Assembly (NCBI GenBank): GCA_965261605.1
Contig: OZ253466.1
Coordinates: forward strand, 1,440,819-1,504,818
DNA: 64,000 nt
From: Dehalococcoidia bacterium
Lineage (GTDB): Bacteria; Chloroflexota; Dehalococcoidia; Lucifugimonadales; UBA2985
Reading direction: 5' to 3'
A program made the translations under genes and the position numbers. Positions within the stretch are counted from its first letter, which is position 1; each line of letters begins with the position of its first letter. Shown piece after piece: positions 55,301 to 62,875 of the stretch. The notes under the pieces were generated by a model, which ran no database searches, was not told the DNA's origin, and was given only the letters and a program-made list of their open reading frames with translations.

Positions 55301-55744
55301 TCGGAACAACAGGTAGAGCTTCGCGTGCAAAGGATGACGTAGGAAGAGCTTGACAACGACCTTCTTGGCGCGAAGCTGCTCGGCCAACTGCCGTAAGGTC
55401 CGCTCGTCGGCGTTGGTAGGCGCACCCATGGTGAGCTGCTGGCGGAGTTGCTCGGCCAACTGGACTCTGAGGCGATGCGCCGTCTGGTTGTCCATGCCGG
55501 AGGGCCTGTCGACGAGGCTTAGCATCTCCCGGAGCTCCTCGTGGGGCAGACGCTGCATCCCGATGAGGACGCGGCACGGGCCGTCGTCGTCACTCCAGTC
55601 GTCCACGCACGGGGCAAGACCGCCCCAGCCTCGCAGGTTGAAGTAGCCGACGCAGAAGTCCGCACGCGAAGAGAGCGCCAGAGTCTCTTGCAACGCGGGC
55701 AGTAGGCTTGAATCAGGCGCAAGGTTGTCGAAGATACGCGGCAT
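52349..55744 (-). CDS. PLD-nuclease domain fused to SNF2-family helicase
   Basis: PLD HxK motif HAKLYLLF...GSSNLT. Helicase motifs GDVVGLGKTLMA (I), VIDESHNLRN (II), LLSATPYNK (III), QRAGRVDRIGQ (VI). Confidence 0.85.
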   Translation of the reverse strand: MPRIFDNLAPDSSLLPALQETLALSSRADFCVGYFNLRGWGGLAPCVDDWSDDDGPCRVLIGMQRLPHEELREMLSLVDRPSGMDNQTAHRLRVQLAEQLRQQLTMGAPTNADERTLRQLAEQLRAKKVVVKLFLRHPLHAKLYLLFRDDPVNPIVGYLGSSNLTFAGLSGQGELNVDVLDHDAALKLTQWFEDRWSDRFCVDITDELLQIIEESWAREALIPPYHVYLKMAYHLSHEARAGLAEFRIPKVFGDRLFDFQAAAVKIAAHHLNKRNGVLIGDVVGLGKTLMATAVARIFEDDYGLETLIICPKNLVPMWEDYVYQYQLRARVLSLSRVLGELPTLRRYRLVVIDESHNLRNREGRRYRAIQEYVHANESKCILLSATPYNKTYLDLSSQLRIFVEEDQDLGIRPERLLRELGEIEFSRRHQASPRTLAAFDFSEHADDWRDLMRLYLVRRTRSFIQDNYAETEQETGRKFLTYEDGTQSFFPTRIPKTVKFAIDESNPDDQYAKLYSQQVVDTVNNLHLPRYGLGNYVADNPGTPPTTAEDRQINDLSRAGKRLMGFCRTNLFKRLESSGAAFLQSVERHVLRNYVFLHALQNGLPLPLGTQDAEMLDSRFTDEDADQARGSLFDPDDDEQEEEVQETGGAWTAAGFEASAAAIYADYEGRYRRRFKWLRSDLFRDSLESELQADSNALLDLLQTYGAWDPRHDAKLDALHTLLMETFPDRKVLVFSQFADTVFYLESQLKGRGVEAMAGVTGSSADPTQFARRFSPNSNQRPGQDKPEQELRVLVATDVLSEGQNLQDCHVVVNYDLPWAIIRLIQRAGRVDRIGQKAEEILCHSFLPADGVERIINLRNRVRTRLRENAEVVGADEAFFEDESDSQTIVNLYNERAGILDGDPDGEVDLASHAYQIWKNATSADPRLEKAVADLPDVVFSSRQHTPIAQRPEGVLVFMRTADGNDALAYVDREGHSITESQLEILAAAECRPDTPAQPHHESHHRLVADGVGHLVREEKRVGGQLGRPSGARFRTYTRLKQYAEAIKGQLFDVEALHKAIDDIYRYPLRPSAVDTLNRQLRSGVSDDQLAEIVMSLREEDRLCLTGNAVAEAQEPQIICSLGLFDSEDNR

Positions 55745-55775
55745 AGACGCTCTTACCCTCTGCTCTCTGACGTTC

Positions 55776-56012
55776 TCACTTGGATTTTTCTTGTCCCGCC
55801 AAGAATGAATGGCTAGAGGAACGTACCTCTGGGCCGCTCCCTCCCCCGGTCTTCACCCACTCGTCTACCTCCGAGAGTCGGAAACGAAGGAGCCTCCCCA
55901 CCCTGTGAGCAGGAAAATCCTTTGTATCGACCCATCGGTAGATGGAGTCTCTGCCCACGCTCAGGTGGGCGGCCACCTCTCCGATGTTGACCCAACCTTC
56001 TTCAGACGCCAT
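55776..56012 (-). CDS. Excisionase/AlpA-type helix-turn-helix DNA-binding protein
   Basis: WVNIGEVAAHLSVGRDSIYRWVDTKDFPAHRVGRLLRFRLSEVDEWV. Start placed at ATG 56012. Confidence 0.7.
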   Translation of the reverse strand: MASEEGWVNIGEVAAHLSVGRDSIYRWVDTKDFPAHRVGRLLRFRLSEVDEWVKTGGGSGPEVRSSSHSFLAGQEKSK

Positions 56013-56258
56013 GTCCCAGTAACTCCTCATCAAGAAAGCCTATCACCTACAATGAAAATATAAGACTATAGACATGTATCGTCAATATCCTTGACCCTCT
56101 CCCAAGCAGCGGGAAAGCGGCATCGGGACTTCGGACAGCAAAAAAGGGCAGCATACACGGGAACACGGCCAGTCTGAAACGCAAAAAGGCCGCACACATG
56201 AACGAGCCAGGGGAGGCCTCCGCACTTGCAGCGACGACCTCCCCTGTATCTTAGCGGT

Positions 56259-58610
56259 CTAACGCCCCGCGCAGACCATCTCCTCCTTCCGTTCCTGCTC
56301 TAGGGCGAGCGCCCAATCGAACAGAGAGGCGGTAGCGGGCTGGGCTTGGCGGCCCCTGCCCTTCGGCTTGACCGGCTCCTCGGCCATGAACTCCGCCCAG
56401 GAGAACAGCGACTGCTGCGGCTCCGGGGCCTCGTCGTGGCGGCCGTTGCCGTTCCCGTTGGCGTGGCGGTCGTTGCCCAGGACCAGCTCGACCGTCGGCC
56501 CGATGGCTTCGGTGTGGTGGCCGTTCCCGTTGGCCCCGTTGCCGTTGACCGCGACGGCCTCCGGCTCCACCTCGACCAGCTTCCAGTCGTCGTCCACCAG
56601 GAACTCTTCCGAAACGGCCTCAGCGTCTCTGGCCTGGGCGAAGACCGCCTCCACCGTCTCGGCGTCGTCCTCCTCTCCGCTTATGACCTGCCGGGCCAAC
56701 GCCATCATCAGGTCGTCGCCGTCGTCGCCGTAGGCGGCCAGCCCGTCCTCCGGCAGCTCGCCCTCGACGGCGAGGGAGCTTTGCAGCTTCTTCGCCACCA
56801 GCTTCAGCGCATCGGCCTGGAGGGTGTTCCGGTAGGACATGAACACCACCTTCACCGGGCGGGTCTGCCCGATGCGCCACGACCGCCGCGACGCCTGCCG
56901 CATCACGTAGACCGAGTAATCGGTCTCGTACCAGCAGAGGGTCTGGAAGTCGATGAGGTCGAGGCCGGTCTGCACCAGCCTGGGATGGCAGATGAGCACG
57001 TCGATGCCCTGCTTCACCCTGTCGGCCACCCACGCCTCCCTCTGGTCCGGGGCCACGGCGTCAGCCTTCATCACCGCCACACGGAATCCGTGCCGGGTGA
57101 GCATGTCGTCCATCCGCTCGGTGATGTCCCGCGTTCCCGTGTGGGTGGCGTAGACCAGCACCCTTCGGCCCTCCATCCGCTCGGCGGCCACCAAGTCGAT
57201 GAGCGCCTGCTCCTTGGGGTAGAGCTTGTCCTCATGCAGGGGAGGGACCTGCACGATGACTTCGCCGCTCCTGGGGTCGAAGACCGTCTCCCCCTTGGTG
57301 CAGCCGTCGGGGTAGGCCAGGAGGGTTTGCAGGTAGGTCGCCAGCAGCCGCTTGGAACCCTTCTTCAGGGCCTCAGCCAGCTTCAGCCGCAACTCCTCGT
57401 ACACCGTGGTGTAGGCGCTGCGCTGAGAGTAGCCCGTCGAGTCCGCCTCCGAGTCCATCGAGGAGAGCAGAATCTGCTCCTCGTAGGGAGGCAGCCCGGA
57501 GGCCACGTCGGACAACCGCAGGAAGACGGTGTTGCCGATGATGTGGAAGAGGGCGCTCGGCACGAGGCCGGGCCTCTCCCTCACCACCTTGCGGTACTGG
57601 CGGCGGCGGCTGAAGCGCCCGTCCTCCACGGCATCGTCGTCGGGCTTGCCGACCGTGTACTCCTCGAAGCCGTAGCGCTGAATCCAGCGGTGCTCCTCGG
57701 AGCGCCCGAACTCCGTCCTGATCTCAGGCGAGAACCTGTAGAGCAGGTGGAACAGCGTCGAGCTGTAGCCGCCCATCAGCGTCCCGGACAGGCTGAGGGA
57801 CTTGCCGCACACGTCGGCGAGGACCCCGGCGGCGATGCCCTGGGCCGACCCCCGGCCCTTGTACTCGTGGACCTCGTCCGTTACGAGCAGGTCGAAGAAG
57901 CCCTTCATCCGGTGCTTCACGTAGTCCGCAAGCGGGTAGCGGGCTGGCCCGGACTTGTCCGCCTGCCACAGGGGGCCGCCGCAGTCGGCGCAGGTGTGCT
58001 TGCGGCGGTTCAGGTCGGCGTCCGTCAGGGGAACGCCATCCTTGTCCACGACCTGCGCCGTGCAGTCGGGGCAGCAGGGCACCCGGAAGGGCTCCCCCGT
58101 CTCCTCGTCCCGCAACAGCCTGCCCTTGGAGACGGCCCACCGCTGTATCACGGCGGGCATCCACCGGTAGGACAGCTTGGCCTTCTCCCGCGACATGACC
58201 ACGAAGAGAGGGCCGGAGCCGACGGAGATGCGCAGCCGCTCCAGGTCGGTGATGGATTTGACGATGACGGCGCGGGCGCCGGGCACCGTCATCTCCACTT
58301 CCCGCTTCCACTTGGGCACCAGGTGGGGCGGGCAGAGGATGAGCACCCTCTTGAAGCCCGCCATGTGAGCGGCGGCTGCGGCGATGAAGGTCTTGCCGGT
58401 GCCCATCTCGCCGACGACGGTGGTGCCCCGGTGGGCTTCAAGGGAGAGGGCCGCGCCCCGTATGGCGTCCTCCTGCGCCCCCAGGGGGGAGCGGAGCAGG
58501 CGGGGAAGCGTGTGGCAGTTCTCCGAGGGCCGGTAGAGCGGCGGGTAGGACTCCACCACCCGCTTGGCGATAGCGTCCTTGAACGTGTCGATGAATCCTC
58601 CGAGGTTCAT
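56259..58610 (-). CDS. SNF2/DEAD-like helicase with inserted zinc ribbon (mobile-element type)
   Basis: GEMGTGKTFIA (I), LLVTDEVHEYKG (II), RRSWRIGQTRPV (VI). Insert: CCPDCTAQV...HTCADCGGPLW. Confidence 0.85.
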   Translation of the reverse strand: MNLGGFIDTFKDAIAKRVVESYPPLYRPSENCHTLPRLLRSPLGAQEDAIRGAALSLEAHRGTTVVGEMGTGKTFIAAAAAHMAGFKRVLILCPPHLVPKWKREVEMTVPGARAVIVKSITDLERLRISVGSGPLFVVMSREKAKLSYRWMPAVIQRWAVSKGRLLRDEETGEPFRVPCCPDCTAQVVDKDGVPLTDADLNRRKHTCADCGGPLWQADKSGPARYPLADYVKHRMKGFFDLLVTDEVHEYKGRGSAQGIAAGVLADVCGKSLSLSGTLMGGYSSTLFHLLYRFSPEIRTEFGRSEEHRWIQRYGFEEYTVGKPDDDAVEDGRFSRRRQYRKVVRERPGLVPSALFHIIGNTVFLRLSDVASGLPPYEEQILLSSMDSEADSTGYSQRSAYTTVYEELRLKLAEALKKGSKRLLATYLQTLLAYPDGCTKGETVFDPRSGEVIVQVPPLHEDKLYPKEQALIDLVAAERMEGRRVLVYATHTGTRDITERMDDMLTRHGFRVAVMKADAVAPDQREAWVADRVKQGIDVLICHPRLVQTGLDLIDFQTLCWYETDYSVYVMRQASRRSWRIGQTRPVKVVFMSYRNTLQADALKLVAKKLQSSLAVEGELPEDGLAAYGDDGDDLMMALARQVISGEEDDAETVEAVFAQARDAEAVSEEFLVDDDWKLVEVEPEAVAVNGNGANGNGHHTEAIGPTVELVLGNDRHANGNGNGRHDEAPEPQQSLFSWAEFMAEEPVKPKGRGRQAQPATASLFDWALALEQERKEEMVCAGR

Positions 58611-58654
58611 GTCTTTCTCCTTTTATTAGAGTGTGTTGCGTTCCGTCCAAACAA

Positions 58655-58720
58655 GGCGAGGCCCCGCGGTCCCTCATGAACAACGGGGCCTCGTGGGATA
58701 CGGCTCGGTAGAGCCGTCTA
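58655..58720 (-). repeat. Intergenic stem-loop unit, subfamily I, copy 1
   Basis: On the coding strand: TAG, small hairpin acggct/agccgt, then GAGGCCCCG...CGGGGCCTC. Confidence 0.7.
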
Positions 58721-58936
58721 TGCGGCGTTGGGGAGGCGCTCCCTTGGCTTTGTGTCTTCGTAGCAGCGTCCCCGCAGGTGGTAGGACTTCACCGGGGTGG
58801 AGACGATCCTTCCGTCAATGATAGCCTGCCCCGTACTTGATACGGGGTCCACCGATGCGGTCTGCATGGCGGGTTCGCCGGGGGTGATGGGCTGCCCGCA
58901 GCGGGCGCAGGCTTCGAGGGTCATGTTCATCTGCAT
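58718..58936 (-). CDS. Hypothetical small protein (CxxC) carrying an in-frame family B repeat
   Basis: 72 aa, ...CARCGQPITPGEPAMQTASVDPVSSTGQAIIDGRIV...; the VDPVSSTGQA segment is encoded by the repeat at 58824-58847. Confidence 0.35.
   Translation of the reverse strand: MQMNMTLEACARCGQPITPGEPAMQTASVDPVSSTGQAIIDGRIVSTPVKSYHLRGRCYEDTKPRERLPNAA
58824..58847. repeat. Family B hairpin repeat
   Basis: gcctgccccgtacttgatacgggg. Confidence 0.85.
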
Positions 58937-58982
58937 CCTTCGGCCTCTCTTTCCTTTATTGGGTGTTTGCGTGTCCGATTGA

Positions 58983-59006
58983 CCCCGTATCGAGTACGGG
59001 GCAGGC
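58983..59006. repeat. Family B hairpin repeat (inverted orientation)
   Basis: ccccgtatcgagtacggggcaggc. Confidence 0.8.
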
Positions 59007-59008
59007 TT

Positions 59009-59079
59009 GGCGAGGCCCCGCCGTCCCCATTCACGGGAGCAGGCGGGGCCTCGTGTGTGGCTGTCCGTTCAGCCATCTA
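59009..59079 (-). repeat. Intergenic stem-loop unit, subfamily I, copy 2
   Basis: ggcgaggccccgccgtcccc...ggcggggcctcgtg...cta. Shares ggcgaggccccgc and cggggcctcgtg with copy 1. Confidence 0.7.
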
Positions 59080-60114
59080 TGCTGCGATGTCGGTGATCAC
59101 TCCGTCGTCCAGGTCCAGGGCCACCACCGTCGTCGTCAGCCGCTCGCGGTAGGTCTCCTTCTCCGGCGTCTCTTCCACCAGCGTCATCTCCTTGCAGGTG
59201 CGTCCCTTGACCAGGACGCGCCTGTCCTTGGCCTCCAGCACCAGGTTGTCGAGGAAGCCCGCCGCCACCAGCATCGCCATGTGTCCTCTTCTGAGGGGCA
59301 TCAGCGGGCGGGTGCGCAGGTCCTTCACGGGCCAGAGCGTGTCGGTTATCTCCGTGCTGGCCCACAGGCCGGAGCGTCTCGCCTCTGCCGCCGCCGCAAT
59401 GGGATCGACGGTGCGGGTGGCGAACAGGATGTCCCCGCTCGGCGTGGTCTCCGGGGTGAACGGCGGGTAGGGTTCGCGGCGCAGCGGCTCCGGTTCCCCC
59501 ACCGCCCACTCCAGCGCCATCCGCTCTGCGATGGCGTCGGGAACGGGGGCGGCCTTGCGGTAGCCCATCAGGACCACCTGGTCGAAGACCTGGCGCTCCG
59601 GGTCGGGGAAGGCCCAGCACCGCATCCGCCCGTAGTGGGTGGACAGGTAGCGGGCCGAGACCGCGAGCCTCTGCCGGGGAACGATGAACACTAGCAGGCC
59701 GCCGTCCGCCAGGTAGCGGGTGCAGTGGGTAAGGAAGGCGTGCTCCGTCCGCTTGTCCTCGGAATCAAAGTCGTATGGCGGGTTGAGCAGGAGCAACCCG
59801 AAGGCCCCGTTCGCTATCGAGGTCTGGAACAGGTCTGCGGCCAGGGCGCGGTCGAGCCGCTTCTCGGCCTCCTCCGCCCGGTCCCGGTGCAGCTCGACGC
59901 CGTAGGTCTGGATGGGGATGGCGTTGGGCCTGTCGAGGCACTCGGCCAGCTGCGCCAGCGCGTCCCCGCCCCCGCAGCAGGGGTCGAGGATGCGCAGCGT
60001 CTCCGTGTTCCGGTGGTAGGAGCCGGTGGGGGTGTGAATCAGCTCCGCGAGCAGGTCCACCACCCTGTCGGGGGTGGGGTAGTATCCGCCTTTTGCCTGT
60101 GCTGCAAGTCTCAT
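59077..60114 (-). CDS. Class I SAM-dependent N6-adenine DNA methyltransferase (orphan, mobile-element type, DUF6094-like)
   Basis: GGYYPTP, motif I ILDPCCGGGDAL, motif IV LLLNPPYD. No adjacent nuclease. Confidence 0.8.
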   Translation of the reverse strand: MRLAAQAKGGYYPTPDRVVDLLAELIHTPTGSYHRNTETLRILDPCCGGGDALAQLAECLDRPNAIPIQTYGVELHRDRAEEAEKRLDRALAADLFQTSIANGAFGLLLLNPPYDFDSEDKRTEHAFLTHCTRYLADGGLLVFIVPRQRLAVSARYLSTHYGRMRCWAFPDPERQVFDQVVLMGYRKAAPVPDAIAERMALEWAVGEPEPLRREPYPPFTPETTPSGDILFATRTVDPIAAAAEARRSGLWASTEITDTLWPVKDLRTRPLMPLRRGHMAMLVAAGFLDNLVLEAKDRRVLVKGRTCKEMTLVEETPEKETYRERLTTTVVALDLDDGVITDIAA

Positions 60115-60145
60115 GTCTCTTCTCCTTTATGGTCTTGTGCCGCCT

Positions 60146-60556
60146 TCAGGCGGCGATTGCCATGTCCTTGTGTCCATTCTTCTCTATGCCGACCACCTCG
60201 CCGATGCCCATGTTGCGCTGGTAGCAGAGGACTTGGTGTGTCCCTATGCTCTCGGCGCACGCCGTGCAGAAGGCGGTGACGAGCTCGGCGTGGTTGGCGA
60301 CCACCATCCGCCGCACCAGCACGTAGCCGCCCTGGGGAAGGGTGTAGCGGTAGAGCTGGGCCGAGGGGTCCCGCCGCTCCGCCTCCGTGGCGGGCCGGTA
60401 GAAATGGGGCTGCCCCGACTGGCAGAGATGCTTCGAGCCGTCGTGTTTGCAGTAGCGGCAGGTCGTCCCGTCCGGCGAGAAGCGCCGCCAGGCGCCCCCG
60501 TTCCGGTTCTGCCTGCGCTTGTTCTTCCGCGTGGCCTTCTTCAGCATCCTATCCAT
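60146..60556 (-). CDS. Hypothetical Cys-containing protein
   Basis: MDRMLKKATRKNKRRQNRNG...CRYCKHDGSKHLC...FCTACAE. Start uncertain. Confidence 0.4.
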   Translation of the reverse strand: MDRMLKKATRKNKRRQNRNGGAWRRFSPDGTTCRYCKHDGSKHLCQSGQPHFYRPATEAERRDPSAQLYRYTLPQGGYVLVRRMVVANHAELVTAFCTACAESIGTHQVLCYQRNMGIGEVVGIEKNGHKDMAIAA

Positions 60557-61205
60557 TGGTCTCTCCTTCCTCCCTGGGCAGGGTGAGCCAGCCCGACGCC
60601 ACGGCATCGGACAGGTCTTCCCGGAGCTTGTCGGCCTTGGGGGAGCACCTGTAGGCGGAGACGCCCACCGACTGGAGCGGGACTATCTCCCCTTCATGCA
60701 GACCACGCTCCCAGAGCCAGCCTGCCCAGGAGCCATGCAGGGGCAACGGGCTGCGCTTGTCCAGGAAGCGATGGTGCAGGCCGGGAGCTTCCTCCTCGCT
60801 GGGGGCCAGCAGCAGGAAGCTGTCCTTCTCGAATGAGAACTCCGCCGTCTTGGTATAGACCAGGGCGTGCCAGCCCCCGGAGACCGGCAGGCGGGCGATC
60901 TTGGTCGTCCACGTTCCCACCGTCTCGTAGGGAACAACGCACCGCTGATACCCGCCTGAGAGCGCCATCCCGTCCGCGCCCTTGATGATGTGGGCGACGT
61001 CCGGGGGCTGCTTGAGGAGCGACGCCCAGATCGCCTTGAGCGCCGTCTGGGAGCCGACCATCGAGACGAACCAGAGGCCGTCGGTCTCCTCGTCGCGGGC
61101 GAAGGCGTCGGCGGTGGCCGAGAAGCCCCCCGCCGTGATGGTGTACAGAGCCTGCCCCGTGCCGGATGCGGGGTCTTCGGGGTCGATGATGTGGGTTGCA
61201 AGCAT
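60549..61205 (-). CDS. Hypothetical protein
   Basis: 218 aa with a good SD (AAGGAAGGAG) before ATG 61205. No motif recognised. Confidence 0.45.
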   Translation of the reverse strand: MLATHIIDPEDPASGTGQALYTITAGGFSATADAFARDEETDGLWFVSMVGSQTALKAIWASLLKQPPDVAHIIKGADGMALSGGYQRCVVPYETVGTWTTKIARLPVSGGWHALVYTKTAEFSFEKDSFLLLAPSEEEAPGLHHRFLDKRSPLPLHGSWAGWLWERGLHEGEIVPLQSVGVSAYRCSPKADKLREDLSDAVASGWLTLPREEGETNG

Positions 61206-61323
61206 GGTGAATCTCCTTCCTTATGTGTGTTGTGTGATGCGCGGGGACTCGCTTCCCCGCGTGAGGGCCGGACAGCGTGGGCCGCCGGTCTTGGGCCGTC
61301 AGGAACCCGTATCGGGGTGCGGG

Positions 61324-61830
61324 TCAGGACATCAGGCCCCGCTCCTTGAGGCTGACGAACTTCTCGCCGCCGATGACCACGTGGTCAAGCAGCTCGACGC
61401 CCAGCAGCTTGGCCGCCTGCGTCAGGTCGCGGGTGCAGGCCACGTCCTCCGGGCTGGGTGTGGGGTCGCCACTTGGGTGGTTGTGGCTGACGATGATGCT
61501 GGGGACGGCCTCGATGACGGCGGGGCGCAGCACCTCGGCGGGCCGGACGATGGCCGAGTTCACGTTGCCTTGGTAGACGACCCGCTGGCCGACGACCTTG
61601 TTCCTGGTGTTGAGGAGCAGCACCCGGAGCTGCTCCTGGGCGAGCGGGGCCATCTCGGGTCCGAGCAGCCGCCGAACGTCTTCTGGACAGTTGATGGCGG
61701 GCAGGTCCTCCGGGAGTTCCGGCCTGGTCGCCACGTTGTAGCGCACCGCCAGCTCTCCCAGCAGGTTCATGTTGGCGCGCAGCGCCTCCAGCAGAACGGC
61801 GTCCTTGGTTGGGATCTTCTTCCTGGTCAT
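61324..61830 (-). CDS. radC: RadC-like JAB/JAMM domain protein
   Basis: VSHNHPSGDPTPSPEDVACT (JAMM motif). Confidence 0.85.
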   Translation of the reverse strand: MTRKKIPTKDAVLLEALRANMNLLGELAVRYNVATRPELPEDLPAINCPEDVRRLLGPEMAPLAQEQLRVLLLNTRNKVVGQRVVYQGNVNSAIVRPAEVLRPAVIEAVPSIIVSHNHPSGDPTPSPEDVACTRDLTQAAKLLGVELLDHVVIGGEKFVSLKERGLMS

Positions 61831-61863
61831 GTCGGCCTCCTTCGTTATCGGTTAGAAACAGAA

Positions 61864-61925
61864 GCGGGGCCGCCCCCTGTAGATGGAAGCGGCCCCGTGG
61901 TGCGCCTTCGGAGAGGCGTCGCTAT
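61864..61925 (-). repeat. Intergenic stem-loop unit, subfamily II, copy 1
   Basis: gcggggccgccccctgtagatggaagcggccccgt + gcgccttcggagaggcg. Confidence 0.75.
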
Positions 61926-61944
61926 GTGGTTGCCGGTTGACCGG

Positions 61945-62319
61945 CTAGAAGGGAGAGGCGTCGTCCGGCTGGCTGTCGTCGCCGCTGTCCCTGCCGTTGC
62001 GGGAGTCGAGGAACACGACCTCGGAGGCGTGAATCTCGGTGCGGTAGCGCCGCTGGCCGTCCTCGCCCTCCCAGGTGTTCTGGACCAGGCGTCCGGCGAC
62101 GTAGATGCGGTCGCCCTTGCCCACGTACTGGTTCACGGCCTCGGCCTGCTTGCCCCAGCAGATGACGTTGTGCCAGTCGGCCTCGACCTCCCCGTCCTGG
62201 CGGCGGCGCTCGGTGGCCAGCCGCAGCTGAACGACGGCGGTCCCGCCAGACGTGTACTTCATCTCCGGCTCCGTGCCGACTCTGCCCAAGAGCTCTACCT
62301 TGTTGATGGTGCGTGCCAT
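61945..62319 (-). CDS. ssb: Single-stranded DNA-binding protein
   Basis: MARTINKVELLGRVG..., an OB-fold pattern, and an acidic tail ending DDASPF. Confidence 0.9.
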   Translation of the reverse strand: MARTINKVELLGRVGTEPEMKYTSGGTAVVQLRLATERRRQDGEVEADWHNVICWGKQAEAVNQYVGKGDRIYVAGRLVQNTWEGEDGQRRYRTEIHASEVVFLDSRNGRDSGDDSQPDDASPF

Positions 62320-62373
62320 TTCGGTTCCTCCTGAATGGTGTGGCGCGGCGATGCCGCGCCCGGTTGAATGAGA

Positions 62374-62445
62374 GCGGGGCCGCGACCCCTGTAGAGGGAA
62401 GCGGCCCCGTCCTGCGCTCCCGCTTAGGAGCGTCTAGCTGAACCC
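62374..62445 (-). repeat. Intergenic stem-loop unit, subfamily II, copy 2
   Basis: gcggggccgcgacccctgtagagggaagcggccccgtcctgcgctcccgcttaggagcgtctagctgaacccg. Confidence 0.8.
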
Positions 62446-62516
62446 GATGTGCTGCGGTCCAGGCCCCGGCTCGTCCACTTTGTTTCTTCTCTGATTGCGT
62501 CTACGACCGCTGACCA

Positions 62517-62834
62517 CTAGGCCGCTATTCCCGACGACAGGCTCCTGATCTCGCCGAGGGTCTTCGGCTCCCAGTACAGGTCGCGCTCCACGGCGGGGAC
62601 GTTGCCGAACACGGTCGCCTCCGCCAGCTCGGTGAGGGAGAAGTAGCCGAGTTCAATCTCGAACCCCTCGACGAGTCCGAAGCACAGCCCGGTCTCGGCG
62701 TCCCACTCGGTGATGTACCAGCGCCAGCCGGTGTAGGGGCTGAACAGCTTGGCCGGGGCGAGAACGTCGTCGTTGTCTTCGACGTTCTCGTTGGCTCCTA
62801 GAGCGGGGATCTTGTCCCCGAGCTCCTTGGTCAT
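62517..62834 (-). CDS. DUF2958-like protein
   Basis: KLFSPYTGWRWYITEWDAETGLCFGLVEGFEIELGYFSLTEL. Start placed at ATG 62834, because the ORF-track N-terminus runs through a family B repeat. Confidence 0.6.
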   Translation of the reverse strand: MTKELGDKIPALGANENVEDNDDVLAPAKLFSPYTGWRWYITEWDAETGLCFGLVEGFEIELGYFSLTELAEATVFGNVPAVERDLYWEPKTLGEIRSLSSGIAA

Positions 62835-62875
62835 GAGCTTGTGCCTGCGGCGCCCGCTGTGGGCGTCCTGCCAGA

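Noticed and set aside
48156-55744. Classifying the PLD-SNF2 + methyltransferase operon as DISARM or BREX
   Set aside because: The DISARM core genes (DrmA helicase, DrmB/DUF1998) and the BREX core genes (PglZ, BrxC, BrxA/B/L) are absent from the window. Only domain-level resemblance remains.
56346-58679. 777-aa plus-strand ORF covering almost the whole SNF2 helicase gene
   Set aside because: All helicase motifs (GTGKT, DEVH, RIGQ) are on the minus strand. The plus-strand translation is low-complexity (G/R/V/L/P-rich), so it is a high-GC shadow ORF.
60982-62334. 450-aa plus-strand ORF crossing RadC, SSB and two intergenic regions
   Set aside because: It runs antisense through clearly recognisable radC and ssb genes and through non-coding stem-loop units, so it is a compositional artefact.
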